From Actinomycetes bacterium (GTDB lineage: Bacteria; Actinomycetota; Thermoleophilia; Solirubrobacterales; Solirubrobacteraceae): a stretch of 64,000 nt of DNA. The stretch covers positions 18,491-82,490 of the forward strand of contig JAJYHG010000001.1 in assembly GCA_021784895.1 (NCBI GenBank), given 5' to 3'. The translations under genes and the position numbers were made by a program. The notes under the pieces are model-generated. The model was not told where the DNA came from. It saw only the letters and a program-made list of their open reading frames with translations, and ran no database searches. Shown one piece after another: positions 38,058 through 47,210 of this stretch (its first letter is position 1; every line of letters starts with the position of its first letter).

Positions 38058-39317
38058 ATGGCACGCCGAATCAACATCGCTCTGGCGCACGACGAGACAG
38101 CGCCGGCTCGTCTCGTTCGCGAGCACATCCCGGATGACTCGGGCATCGAGATGGCGGAGCAGTTCGCCACCTTCGATCTCAATGCCGACGTGATTCTCCG
38201 GATGGACGTCGATGTGCTGCTCGTCGCCTGCCGGGAGGGCTCGCCGGCGGCGCTGGAACTGGTCGGGCTCTGGCACACGGTGCGCAGCAGCTCCCCAGTG
38301 GCGGTGCTCTCACATGGCAGTGACGAGGAGTTTGTCCAAGCTGCGTTCACCGCAGGGGCCGATGACTTCCTCGTTCTGCAGCCAGGACCATACATCCCCG
38401 AACAGGTGGGCCGTGACTTCGAGTTCGCGATCCGTAAGGCTGTGACCCGGACCCGCCACACAGCCGAGCGCGGAAACGAGTCTGGTTCGCTGATCGCGGT
38501 GCTCGGCTCCAAAGGCGGGGTTGGCAAGACGGTCGCTGCAACCAACCTGGGAGCGGCGCTTGCCACCCGCGGGCGGCGCACCGTGATCATCGACTTGGAC
38601 CTCCAGTTTGGCGATGTGGCGCTGGCGCTAGGGCTCACGCCGACGACGACACTGTTTGACCTGGCCGTGTCGGGCGGTAGCCTCGACGCAGACAAGCTCG
38701 ATGACTTCATGTTGCGCCATCCGAGCGGGCTGCGGGTACTGGCTGCGCCGGCACGCCCGGACCAGGCCGTGTCTGTGACCGCACAGATGATCAGCACCAT
38801 CTACGGGGTGCTGCGCGAGGAGTTCGACTTCATCGTGGTGGACACGCCACCGGCGTTCACCGCGGAGGTGATCGCCACCGTGGACGTGGCTACCTGGATC
38901 TGCATGGTCGCGATGTTCGACGCGCTCTCGCTCAAGAACACCCGCCTGGGTCTCGACACGCTCGAGCTCATGGGCCATCCACCAGATCACGTGCGCGTGG
39001 TGCTGAACCGCGCGGGAACGAACGTGGGGATCGCTAGCGCGGAGGCTGTGGAGATCCTCGGCCGCGCGCCGGACCTGCTGGTCCCGAGCGACCGTGAGGT
39101 CCCCGTGTCGATCAACGACGGCATTCCGATCGCACTCTCGGGGAGCCGGTCGGCGGCTGCCGCCGCGATCAGGTCGCTGGCTGACATGTTCCTCGCAAAT
39201 CCGAGCGCTGAACCGTCCGAGCCCAGCAAGGCGTCGCCGACTCCGACCCGGCGACGCGGATGGTTCCGGCGCAAGCGGGCTGTCGCGGGTGCCGCCGAGT
39301 TAGCCCGCGGACGCTGA
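38058..39317 (+). CDS. TadZ/CpaE-like pilus assembly ATPase (atypical receiver + ParA/MinD domain)
   Basis: The N-terminal receiver-like fold lacks the phospho-acceptor Asp (DVLLVAC). The deviant Walker A reads GSKGGVGKTVAATNLG. Confidence 0.85.
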   Translation: MARRINIALAHDETAPARLVREHIPDDSGIEMAEQFATFDLNADVILRMDVDVLLVACREGSPAALELVGLWHTVRSSSPVAVLSHGSDEEFVQAAFTAGADDFLVLQPGPYIPEQVGRDFEFAIRKAVTRTRHTAERGNESGSLIAVLGSKGGVGKTVAATNLGAALATRGRRTVIIDLDLQFGDVALALGLTPTTTLFDLAVSGGSLDADKLDDFMLRHPSGLRVLAAPARPDQAVSVTAQMISTIYGVLREEFDFIVVDTPPAFTAEVIATVDVATWICMVAMFDALSLKNTRLGLDTLELMGHPPDHVRVVLNRAGTNVGIASAEAVEILGRAPDLLVPSDREVPVSINDGIPIALSGSRSAAAAAIRSLADMFLANPSAEPSEPSKASPTPTRRRGWFRRKRAVAGAAELARGR

Positions 39318-39327
39318 GAGGTAGATA

Positions 39328-40755
39328 ATGGAACTGCGCGAACGTCTCGCCGGAACTCAGACACCGGCTGCTGCATCGGATTCGGCCCAGTCCGACTCGC
39401 TGGTCGAGCTCAAGGACCGCATCCACATGGCGATCATCTCCGAGTTGGGCCCACGGCTCTACAACGAGTCGCTGTCGCAGGGCACCCTGCGTGAGGTTGT
39501 GCTCGCCGACGTGCGCCAGCGGCTGGCTCAGGAGCGCGGCCTGGCGACCGCCGATCGCGAGCGGCTCACCCAGGAGATCGCCAACGACACCCTGGGACAC
39601 GGACCGATCGAGCCACTGTTGCAGGACGACACCGTCACCGAGGTGATGGTCAACGGGCCCAGCGATGTGTGGGTTGAGCGCTCGGGGCGGATCGAGAAGA
39701 CTGGTGTGCGCTTCACGGACGAGCACCACCTGCGACGGATCATCAACAAGATCGTCGCGCAGGTGGGCCGCCGTGTTGACGAATCCTCCCCGATGGTGGA
39801 TGCCCGTCTGCCAGATGGCAGCCGCGTCAATGCCGTGCTGCCGCCGCTGTCGCTCAGCGGCCCGCTGCTCACGATCCGTAAGTTCTCGAAGCGGCGCCTT
39901 GATCTGGGCGATCTGGTCGCCATCAACTCGCTCACGGTCGCTGCCAGGGAGTTCCTGGAAGCGGCGATCCGCGCCGAGCTGAACATCCTGATTGCTGGCG
40001 GCACGGGCTCTGGTAAGACGACGTTGCTCAATGCGCTCTCCACCGCCATCCCGGGTGATCAGCGGATCGTCACGATCGAGGACGCGGCCGAGCTGCGGCT
40101 CAACCAGGATCACGTCCTGCGGCTCGAGTCGCGCCCGAAGAACATGGAGGGTCAGGGCGAGATTCCGATCCGCGAGCTGGTCCGTAACTCGCTGCGCATG
40201 CGCCCGGACCGGATCATCGTCGGCGAGGTCCGCGGTGCTGAGACGCTGGACATGTTGCAGGCCATGAACACGGGTCACGACGGCTCGCTCAGCACCTGCC
40301 ACGCCAACACTCCCCGTGACGCGGTGGCGCGCATCGAGAGCATGGTGCTGATGGCCGGGATCGACTTCCCGATCCGCGCCATCAGACAGCAGCTTTCACG
40401 CGCGCTCGACCTGATCGTCCAGATCGAGCGGTTCAACGACGGTTCCCGCAAGATCACGACGATCACCGAGGTACAGCGCATGGAGGGCGACACCGTCACC
40501 CTGCAGGACATCTTCGAATATCGCTTGGACAAGGAGAGCGCCGATGGCCGCGGCCAGCTCGTCTACTCGGGGTTGCGCCCAACCTGCGGCAAGTTCGAGC
40601 GCAACGGTGTTCGGTTGCCCTCTTACATGGACCAGCACAGTTTCGGGGCGGAGCGGATGGCACCGGCTCAGCCGGCTCCGGTTGAGCACCCAACGGCTGG
40701 CGGGTCGGCCTATGCCATCCGTCCCGGGCGTGTAGAGCGGCGGGCTGTCAGGTGA
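39328..40755 (+). CDS. cpaF: CpaF/TadA secretion ATPase
   Basis: Family segments are Walker [36 protein letters not shown] and the His box GHDGSLST. Confidence 0.93.
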   Translation: MELRERLAGTQTPAAASDSAQSDSLVELKDRIHMAIISELGPRLYNESLSQGTLREVVLADVRQRLAQERGLATADRERLTQEIANDTLGHGPIEPLLQDDTVTEVMVNGPSDVWVERSGRIEKTGVRFTDEHHLRRIINKIVAQVGRRVDESSPMVDARLPDGSRVNAVLPPLSLSGPLLTIRKFSKRRLDLGDLVAINSLTVAAREFLEAAIRAELNILIAGGTGSGKTTLLNALSTAIPGDQRIVTIEDAAELRLNQDHVLRLESRPKNMEGQGEIPIRELVRNSLRMRPDRIIVGEVRGAETLDMLQAMNTGHDGSLSTCHANTPRDAVARIESMVLMAGIDFPIRAIRQQLSRALDLIVQIERFNDGSRKITTITEVQRMEGDTVTLQDIFEYRLDKESADGRGQLVYSGLRPTCGKFERNGVRLPSYMDQHSFGAERMAPAQPAPVEHPTAGGSAYAIRPGRVERRAVR

Positions 40756-41708
40756 GTGCCGACTCTGCAGTGGTCGCTGGCGCGGTGAGCGTGGCAGCTG
40801 GCGCGCTCATTGGCGTGGCCGTCTTTGCCCTGGTTGGCCGTCGTGCCACGGCGGCTGACCGAGTGAGTGCCTACGTGACGATGCGCCAAGAGTCCTCGGA
40901 GGCGGGCAAGTCGCTGGTTGAACGGGCTCTCGGTGACCGGCAAGCGCGTAAGATCGTCCGCTCGCCGTTGCTCACACGCCTGCGGGCCGATATGGACGTC
41001 GCCAACCTGGACATCCCGTTGGAGCAGTTGCTTGCGCTGGTGGTGATCGTGACTGTGGTGATCGGCTGGCTGCTCGTTCTGCAGACCAACAGCCCGGTGG
41101 CTGCTCTGCTTGCGCTGCTGGTACCGGTCCTGGCGGTCGGTGGCGTCAGGATGCTAGCGGGGCGCCAGCGGCGTGCCTTCACCGATCAGCTGCCCGACAA
41201 TCTGCAGGTCATAGCATCGGCGATGCGGTCTGGGCAGACCTTCGTAGGCGCGCTCAAGGCAGTGCTCCAGGACGCGCCCGAGCCATCGCAGCGGGAGCTG
41301 CGCCGTGCCGTGCTCGATGAGGAGCTTGGGATCCCGTTGGCAGAAGCGCTGGGCAATGTGACGGAGCGCATGAAGAGCGAGGACTTTAAGCACGTTGCGA
41401 TCGTGGCTTCGCTGCAACGCGAGACCGGCGGTAACACGGCTGAGGTGATCGATTTGGTGGCTGATACGGTTCGTCAGCGGATCGAGATCCGGCGATTGGT
41501 CCGCGGGCTCACTGCGCAGGGGCGGCTCTCGGGGACGGTCCTGACGCTGTTGCCGGTCGCGCTGCTGCTGCTGATTTCGCTGGTAAACCCCGGTTACGTG
41601 CATCCGCTCTTTCACTCGACCGGGGGGCTGGTTGCGCTTGGCGTGGCTCTCGGGCTGATGGCCTGTGGTGGGGTTGTGATCAACAAGATCGTCCAGATCA
41701 AGGTTTGA
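40752..41708 (+). CDS. tadB: TadB (type II secretion system F family) membrane protein
   Basis: T2SSF-like domain. The gene shows a 4-nt start/stop overlap with cpaF. Confidence 0.85.
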   Translation: MSADSAVVAGAVSVAAGALIGVAVFALVGRRATAADRVSAYVTMRQESSEAGKSLVERALGDRQARKIVRSPLLTRLRADMDVANLDIPLEQLLALVVIVTVVIGWLLVLQTNSPVAALLALLVPVLAVGGVRMLAGRQRRAFTDQLPDNLQVIASAMRSGQTFVGALKAVLQDAPEPSQRELRRAVLDEELGIPLAEALGNVTERMKSEDFKHVAIVASLQRETGGNTAEVIDLVADTVRQRIEIRRLVRGLTAQGRLSGTVLTLLPVALLLLISLVNPGYVHPLFHSTGGLVALGVALGLMACGGVVINKIVQIKV

Positions 41709-41712
41709 AGCG

Positions 41713-42648
41713 GTGATGACCTATCTGTATCTAGTGGGTGGCGCGCTCTTCGTTGGCCTCGCGGTGTTGGCGGTGGTGGCCTCATTCAGCGGCACGCGCT
41801 CGTCCGCGCTCGAACGAGTGCGGGCGGTGATCGACACCGGTGCGCTGGCGCGTGGCGCACCCGGTGAACCCGATGTGAGCATCTACCTGGCGCGCGACCG
41901 CCAGGGACTCTTGGCTGGGATCGCCACTCGGCTCGGCGGGCTGTTTTCAGGTCGTCTTACGACGATCAGTGAAAAGGCGATAGGCGAGCAGCTGATGGCG
42001 GCGGGAATGTACACGGTCAGCCCACGTACGATCATCGGGTATCGCATACTGACGACGGTCGTCCTGCCGGTGCTTGCGGTTCTCGTGGTTGGTGTGCACA
42101 GCCTGCTGGACGTGGCAATCGTTGCGCTTGCGGTTTTCATGGGCTGGGTCCTGCCGCTGACCTACGTACAGCGCAAGGCCCGGCTGCGTATCGAGACGAT
42201 CGACCGTGCGCTCCCCGATCTGATCGATCTGCTGACCGTGATGATTGAGGCGGGGCTCTCCTTCCCACAGGCGATGCGGATGTCAGCGGGCCAGTTCGAC
42301 CCTCCGCTGGGTGACGAGCTACGACTAACCCTCCAGGAGCAGACGATGGGCCTGTCGATCGACGAGGCGCTTGGCCACATGGCGGACCGGGCTGACACTC
42401 CGGCCATGCGGTCGTTTGTGCGCGCGATGTCGCAAGGCGAACGGATGGGCATCTCACTGGGCCAGATCATGCGTAACCTGGCCCATGAGATGCGCGCAAG
42501 GCGACGGTCAAGGGCCGAGGAGCGGGCCCAGAAGACACCGGTCCTGATGTTGTTCCCGCTGGTCTTTCTGATCTTTCCGGCGATCTTCATCGTGCTGATG
42601 ACGCCCGCTGTGATCAGCTTGGTGCACAATCTGGGTCACCTCGGCTGA
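41713..42648 (+). CDS. tadC: TadC (type II secretion system F family) membrane protein
   Basis: T2SSF-like domain (LPDLIDLLTVMIEAGLSF). It directly follows tadB. Confidence 0.85.
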   Translation: MMTYLYLVGGALFVGLAVLAVVASFSGTRSSALERVRAVIDTGALARGAPGEPDVSIYLARDRQGLLAGIATRLGGLFSGRLTTISEKAIGEQLMAAGMYTVSPRTIIGYRILTTVVLPVLAVLVVGVHSLLDVAIVALAVFMGWVLPLTYVQRKARLRIETIDRALPDLIDLLTVMIEAGLSFPQAMRMSAGQFDPPLGDELRLTLQEQTMGLSIDEALGHMADRADTPAMRSFVRAMSQGERMGISLGQIMRNLAHEMRARRRSRAEERAQKTPVLMLFPLVFLIFPAIFIVLMTPAVISLVHNLGHLG

Positions 42649-42650
42649 CG

Positions 42651-43844
42651 GTGGCCGGCGGCGGCCGTCGCGGTACGGGCACGCTTATGAGCATCGCGGA
42701 CGATTCTGCCGGAGAGCGCCAGCAACCGGGGGTAAAGCGTCTGGCCACGGCAACCGTCAATGTTCTCGCCGGCCCACTCTCGGTCTCGCTGCTTGGTCTG
42801 TTGCTGGTGCTCGTTCCGCGTGGTCAACGCCTAGCCGGTGACTTCAGCTTTGCATACTGGCACGCCGGACGGCGCGTTCTGGCGGGCGTGAGCCCCTACA
42901 TCTGGACGGCGGCTCAGTTTCGCGAGGGGATGGCGTTTGTCTATCCGGCGCTGTCGGCGGTGATGTTCGCGCCGCTGTCTTTGATCCCGCGGAGCATTGG
43001 CGCGGTGCTGTTCACGTTCGTGTCGATCGCGCTGCTGCCTTTGGCGTTGTGGGTGCTGCGTGTGCGTGACTGGCGTGTGTACGGGATCGCGGCACTGTGG
43101 GAGCCATTCTTTGTTGGCTGGGCAACCGCGAACGAGTCGCTGTATCTGATGTTCGGCTTGGCGTGCGTATGGCGTGTGCGTGACCGGCCGTGGCTGACGG
43201 GCTTGCTGGCTGGCGCTTTGATCTCGCTTGAGCCGCTGTTGTGGCCGCTTGGGCTGTGGCTTGTGGCTACTAGGCGCTGGCGGGCGTCGCTGCATGCGCT
43301 GGCCTGGGGTGTGGCGCTGAACCTCTTTGCGTGGGGGATTGTCGGCTTCGGCCAGATTGGGGCGTATCTGCACGCCAGCGCGACCGACACCGCCGACGCT
43401 TGGCGCGGCGGTTTCGGTGTACCGGCGTCCCTGGCTCACTTTGGCGTAGCGCAGACGGGAGGGTTTGCCGTCATGGCGGTGCTGTGTGCAGGACTTGCCG
43501 CCGGGGTGCTCCACGCTGCGCTTGTGCGCCATGGCGAGATTCCGGCGTTCGTGTTGACTGTGGCGCTCGCTTTGGTGTCCTCGCCGCTTCTGTGGTCGCA
43601 CTATGTGATGCTCGTGCTCGTGCCGCTGGCGATTCTCCGTCCGCGGCTTGACTGGCTGTGGGCGCTGCCAGTGGTGTTCTGGGCAAGCCAGCTACCGGCT
43701 CCGGCGCAGGACTGGCAGATTGTGCTCGACTGGGTCATTATGGCCGTGATTCTCTTGCCGTTGGCGATGGCATCACCGGCGCATCACGTCCGGGTGAGCG
43801 GATCCCTGCAGGCGGGCGCGGAGCCGACTCCGACTGCCTGGTAG
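42651..43844 (+). CDS. GT87/DUF2029-like GT-C membrane glycosyltransferase, paralog 1
   Basis: Polytopic membrane protein with the first-loop motif GDFSFAYWHAGRRVLAGVSPY. A GTG start lies 2 nt after the tadC stop, with an alternative ATG at 42687. It is closely related to paralogs 2 and 3. Confidence 0.75.
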   Translation: MAGGGRRGTGTLMSIADDSAGERQQPGVKRLATATVNVLAGPLSVSLLGLLLVLVPRGQRLAGDFSFAYWHAGRRVLAGVSPYIWTAAQFREGMAFVYPALSAVMFAPLSLIPRSIGAVLFTFVSIALLPLALWVLRVRDWRVYGIAALWEPFFVGWATANESLYLMFGLACVWRVRDRPWLTGLLAGALISLEPLLWPLGLWLVATRRWRASLHALAWGVALNLFAWGIVGFGQIGAYLHASATDTADAWRGGFGVPASLAHFGVAQTGGFAVMAVLCAGLAAGVLHAALVRHGEIPAFVLTVALALVSSPLLWSHYVMLVLVPLAILRPRLDWLWALPVVFWASQLPAPAQDWQIVLDWVIMAVILLPLAMASPAHHVRVSGSLQAGAEPTPTAW

Positions 43845-43884
43845 CCGGCGCCGACTGGGGGCTCACCCCGGTTACCTAACGAGA

Positions 43885-43912
43885 GCGGGCCAGCTCCGAA
43901 GATCTGGCCCGC
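43885..43912. terminator. 9-bp perfect hairpin (gcgggccag N10 ctggcccgc) between convergent GT87 paralog 1 and flp
   Basis: Read directly from the sequence. It is positioned 41 nt after the paralog 1 stop and 48 nt after the flp stop, so it is plausibly a bidirectional terminator. The U-tract is weak. Confidence 0.5.
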
Positions 43913-43959
43913 TACGTTCAGTTACGCCAGCGGCTCGGCCCTTGTCATGGCCACGGCCG

Positions 43960-44142
43960 CTAGATGCTGTTCGCGACTGTGGAAAGCACGTCGCTCACCT
44001 TGCCGCCGAGGAATGTCAGCGCGACGATCGCGATGATCGCAATCAGCGCGAGGATCAGGGCGTACTCGGTAAGCCCCTGCCCCTCCTCGTCGTCCATCAG
44101 ACGAGCAAGCGCGAGCTTCATGTTGATGAAGAGCTTCAGCAT
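43960..44142 (-). CDS. flp: Flp family type IVb pilin
   Basis: The sequence is MLKLFINMKLALARLMDDEEG/QGLTEYALILALIAIIAIVALTFLGGKVSDVLSTVANSI. It contains the Flp processing motif G/XXXXEY followed by a hydrophobic helix. Alternative starts are at 44121 and 44163. Confidence 0.85.
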   Translation of the reverse strand: MLKLFINMKLALARLMDDEEGQGLTEYALILALIAIIAIVALTFLGGKVSDVLSTVANSI

Positions 44143-44152
44143 GTGTTTGTCA

Positions 44153-44161
44153 CCCCCCCCC
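44153..44161 (-). repeat. G9 homopolymer (C9 on plus strand) 11-19 nt upstream of the flp ATG at 44142 (or inside codons 1-4 if ATG 44163 is used)
   Basis: Read directly (cacccccccc|c) and cross-checked against the ORF translation MGGGDKHM. It is the longest G/C homopolymer I noticed in the window. Confidence 0.85.
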
Positions 44162-44482
44162 ATGAGATCAGGTGGACGCCTCGTTCCTTGTGGCGTGAGC
44201 CACTCGCTGGAAGCGTGCCATCGCTTCCACGGCACCACATTCAAGTGCCGCACAAACCCATCGGTGCGATCTCGTAGACACTTTAGTCTCGCAGCGAAGC
44301 CCGCGTCAAACAATCAGTCCGAGAGCAGCGCCGCCGCTCCGGTGGCGGTGAAGTCGACAAGAGCCTTTGGCACGGTGCGCGAGTATATAGAGGCTGGTGT
44401 ACCATGGTCTGGGGGCTGGACGCATATACGGGGCTGCAACAGAACTTGCATGCACGGCTTGGCAGGTTGACGAGATAGTCAC

Positions 44483-46057
44483 ATGACCACCGACGCGCTG
44501 GATGATCATCTCGCTGGACAGGAGCGGACCGAGCTGCCGGAAACCTGTTCCGATGCGGCAGCGCAACGCGGGCTAGCCGGCTTGCGGGACTGGCTGACAG
44601 CGCGAGCTCTGTTTGTCGTCGCCGTTTGCGCGGTGATCATCATCAGCTTGCTTGGGATACCAACGCATCTGGCACAGGACGGCTGGCTGGCTCTGATCGC
44701 TGGGCGGCTTGTGGCCTCGCACGGGGTTCCCACGCACGACTACTTCGCCTGGATGACTTACGGGCAGCGCTGGGTTGATCAGCAGTGGCTCGCCCAGTGG
44801 GTCATGTTTGAACTCGTGCGCCTGGGCGGGCTCCAGCTGATGACAGTTTTCTATGTGCTCGTGACCGGCGTGGCGTTTGGTGGCGCGGTGGCAGCGGGCC
44901 GCAGTCTTGGTGGTGAAGATCTGGATGTGCTGAAAATCACGCTTCCCGGGGTCTTCTTCTACCTGGTGACTGCGGTTTCGATCCGCACACAGGGGTTCGC
45001 CTATCCGCTCTTTGTTGCGACGCTCTGGCTTCTCGCCTCTGATTGGCGATCTCGTGAGCGCGGTCAGCGGGTATATCTGGTGTTGCCGATACTTGTGCTC
45101 TGGGGAAACTTGCACGGTTCCGCGACGATGGGTGCGGGCCTCGGCGGCCTCTACGGGCTTCTCCTTCTGGCTCGTGGTTTGCGTGACCGCGGTCTGGCTG
45201 CGCTACGCGATGCCCGTGCCTGGGCCTTCGTGCTCATCTCGCCGTTAACCTTATTGGCGACACCGTACGGGATGGGCATGGTCCACTATTATCGGGTCAC
45301 CCTATTGAACCCGCAGTTCAGTAGGCTGGTCACGGAGTGGAAACCGATTACGACGGTTCCGATCCTGGCGGTGCCCCTGTTTGTGATGATTGCCGGCGCG
45401 ATCCTCGCTGTGCTCGTGACGGTGGTTCGAGCCCGCTCGAGTGCCGCCGCCGCGCCGCCGTTGTATGACGTGTTGGTGCTGCTGATCCTCGCCGCGGGTG
45501 CGGTGATCGCAGTCCGTAACGTCACCTGGTTCGGGCTGGCATTGGTCATACTGCTTCCCCACGTCGTCACGCAGATGCGGGCTGGGCGAGCCGCGCCGCT
45601 GCGCCGCTCGCGTAGAAATTTCCTCGCTGCTGGAGCAACGCTGGTGCTGTGTGGGCTGGTTACACTCGTGGTGCTCATGCGGCCAAGCGGCTGGTTCACC
45701 AGTACCTATCCACGGCGGGCGATAACCACACTTAGCACGCTGATTGCGCAGGATCCCCACGCCAAGATACTCGCCGACGTGCGCTATGCCGACTGGCTGA
45801 TCTGGGAACGCCCGGCGCTGTTCAGCGGCCGAGTTGCCTACGACACGAGCTTTGAGTTGTTGAGCAAGCGTCAGCTCGAGGCGATCGGAGACCTCGCTGC
45901 CAACACCCGCAACGCTCGCACGACGGTCGCCAGCTATCCGATCTGGATGCTATATCCCGGTAACCGTGCGGTCAACCGGAAGCTGCTGCGCCGGCCAGGG
46001 GCTCGCCTGATCAGTAAGAGCCGGAAGGTGATCATCGCTACCTACCACATGTCGTAG
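44483..46057 (+). CDS. large polytopic membrane protein with C-terminal extracytoplasmic domain, uncharacterised (possible GT-C-like glycosyltransferase/polymerase)
   Basis: 524 aa with about 11 or more hydrophobic segments. A first-loop motif reads DGWLALIAGRLV..GVPTHDYFAW...QRWVDQQWLAQ. The C-terminal domain of about 110 aa is soluble. Confidence 0.6.
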   Translation: MTTDALDDHLAGQERTELPETCSDAAAQRGLAGLRDWLTARALFVVAVCAVIIISLLGIPTHLAQDGWLALIAGRLVASHGVPTHDYFAWMTYGQRWVDQQWLAQWVMFELVRLGGLQLMTVFYVLVTGVAFGGAVAAGRSLGGEDLDVLKITLPGVFFYLVTAVSIRTQGFAYPLFVATLWLLASDWRSRERGQRVYLVLPILVLWGNLHGSATMGAGLGGLYGLLLLARGLRDRGLAALRDARAWAFVLISPLTLLATPYGMGMVHYYRVTLLNPQFSRLVTEWKPITTVPILAVPLFVMIAGAILAVLVTVVRARSSAAAAPPLYDVLVLLILAAGAVIAVRNVTWFGLALVILLPHVVTQMRAGRAAPLRRSRRNFLAAGATLVLCGLVTLVVLMRPSGWFTSTYPRRAITTLSTLIAQDPHAKILADVRYADWLIWERPALFSGRVAYDTSFELLSKRQLEAIGDLAANTRNARTTVASYPIWMLYPGNRAVNRKLLRRPGARLISKSRKVIIATYHMS

Positions 46058-46064
46058 CAAGTCC

Positions 46065-47210
46065 ATGGGCACGACGCCTCTGACCGCTCGCGGGCGCTTG
46101 GGCTGGTGGCAGGGTCGGCAGCGTCTAGCCATGGCGCTCGTCAACGTGATCGCCGGCCCGTTCGCGGTCATGGCGCTTGGCCTGCTGGTGGCCTGGGCAC
46201 TGCGTAGCCGGGTGACTGCGTTTGACTTCCAACACGCCTACTGGCAATCGGGTCACCGCGTGCTCGTGGGCGCGAGTCCGTATGCCTGGTCTGTGGCTCA
46301 GTTTCACCTCAGGTTTGTCTTCGTTTATCCGGCGCTGTCGGCGGTGATGTTCGCGCCGCTCTCGCTGCTCCCGCGGAGCTTCGGTGTGGTGCTGTTCACG
46401 TTCGTGTCGGTCGCGCTGCTGCCAGCGGCGTTGTGGGTGCTGCGGGTGCGTGACTGGCGTGTGTACGGGATGGCGACGCTGTGGGAGCCATTCTTCTACG
46501 GCTGGCTCACTGCGAATCAGTCGCTGTATCTGATGTTCGGCCTAGCGTGCGTGTGGCGTGTGCGTGACCGGCCGCGGCTGGCGGGCTTGCTGGCGGGCGC
46601 TTTGATGTCGCTTGAGCCGCTTCTGTGGCCGCTTGGGCTGTGGCTTTTGGCCACCAGGCGCTGGCGGGCGTCACTGTATGCGCTGGCGTCGGGTTTGGTG
46701 CTGAACCTGGTGGCGTGGGGAATCGTCGGCTTCGGGCAGATCGGGGCTTACCTGCACGCGAGCGCCACTCTCACAGGGGATGCTTGGCGCACAGGCTTTG
46801 GTATACCCGCGTTGGTGGGGCGGTTAGGGGTCGGGTGGCATGTTGGTCTGGCGGCGCTGGTTCTGGTGTCGACTGCTCTTGCGGTCGCGCTGATTCGGTC
46901 TGGCTGGCGTCGCCGCAGCGATCATCACGCGCTGGTGCTGACGGTCGCGCTTGCGCTGGTGTCGTCACCGCTTCTGTGGTCGCATTACGTCATGCTCCTG
47001 TTGGTGCCGCTGGCGCTTTTGCGTCCGCGGCTTGACTGGCCGTGGGCGGTGCCGGTCGTGTTTTGGGCGAGCCAGCTGCCGACCGTGCCGCAGGACTGGC
47101 AACTGGTCGTCGACTGGGTTGGCATCGTTGTCATGTTGGTGGCTGTAGCCAGAGCGGGGCGCCGTATATCGAGTCGCGGTCTGATGCCTGCTGTGGCGGC
47201 GAGCGGATGA
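46065..47210 (+). CDS. GT87/DUF2029-like GT-C membrane glycosyltransferase, paralog 2
   Basis: The motif is FDFQHAYWQSGHRVLVGASPY. It shares long identical nucleotide runs with paralogs 1 and 3. Confidence 0.75.
   Translation: MGTTPLTARGRLGWWQGRQRLAMALVNVIAGPFAVMALGLLVAWALRSRVTAFDFQHAYWQSGHRVLVGASPYAWSVAQFHLRFVFVYPALSAVMFAPLSLLPRSFGVVLFTFVSVALLPAALWVLRVRDWRVYGMATLWEPFFYGWLTANQSLYLMFGLACVWRVRDRPRLAGLLAGALMSLEPLLWPLGLWLLATRRWRASLYALASGLVLNLVAWGIVGFGQIGAYLHASATLTGDAWRTGFGIPALVGRLGVGWHVGLAALVLVSTALAVALIRSGWRRRSDHHALVLTVALALVSSPLLWSHYVMLLLVPLALLRPRLDWPWAVPVVFWASQLPTVPQDWQLVVDWVGIVVMLVAVARAGRRISSRGLMPAVAASG

Noticed and set aside
39169-40302. A 377-aa minus-strand ORF inside tadZ and cpaF.
   Set aside because: It is an antisense shadow ORF. 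The plus strand carries the secretion ATPase Walker and His boxes.
42831-43601. A 256-aa minus-strand ORF inside GT87 paralog 1, with similar antisense ORFs in paralogs 2-5.
   Set aside because: It is hydrophilic and R/Q/H/P-rich, the mirror of a membrane-protein gene. The plus-strand frames are conserved across five paralogs.
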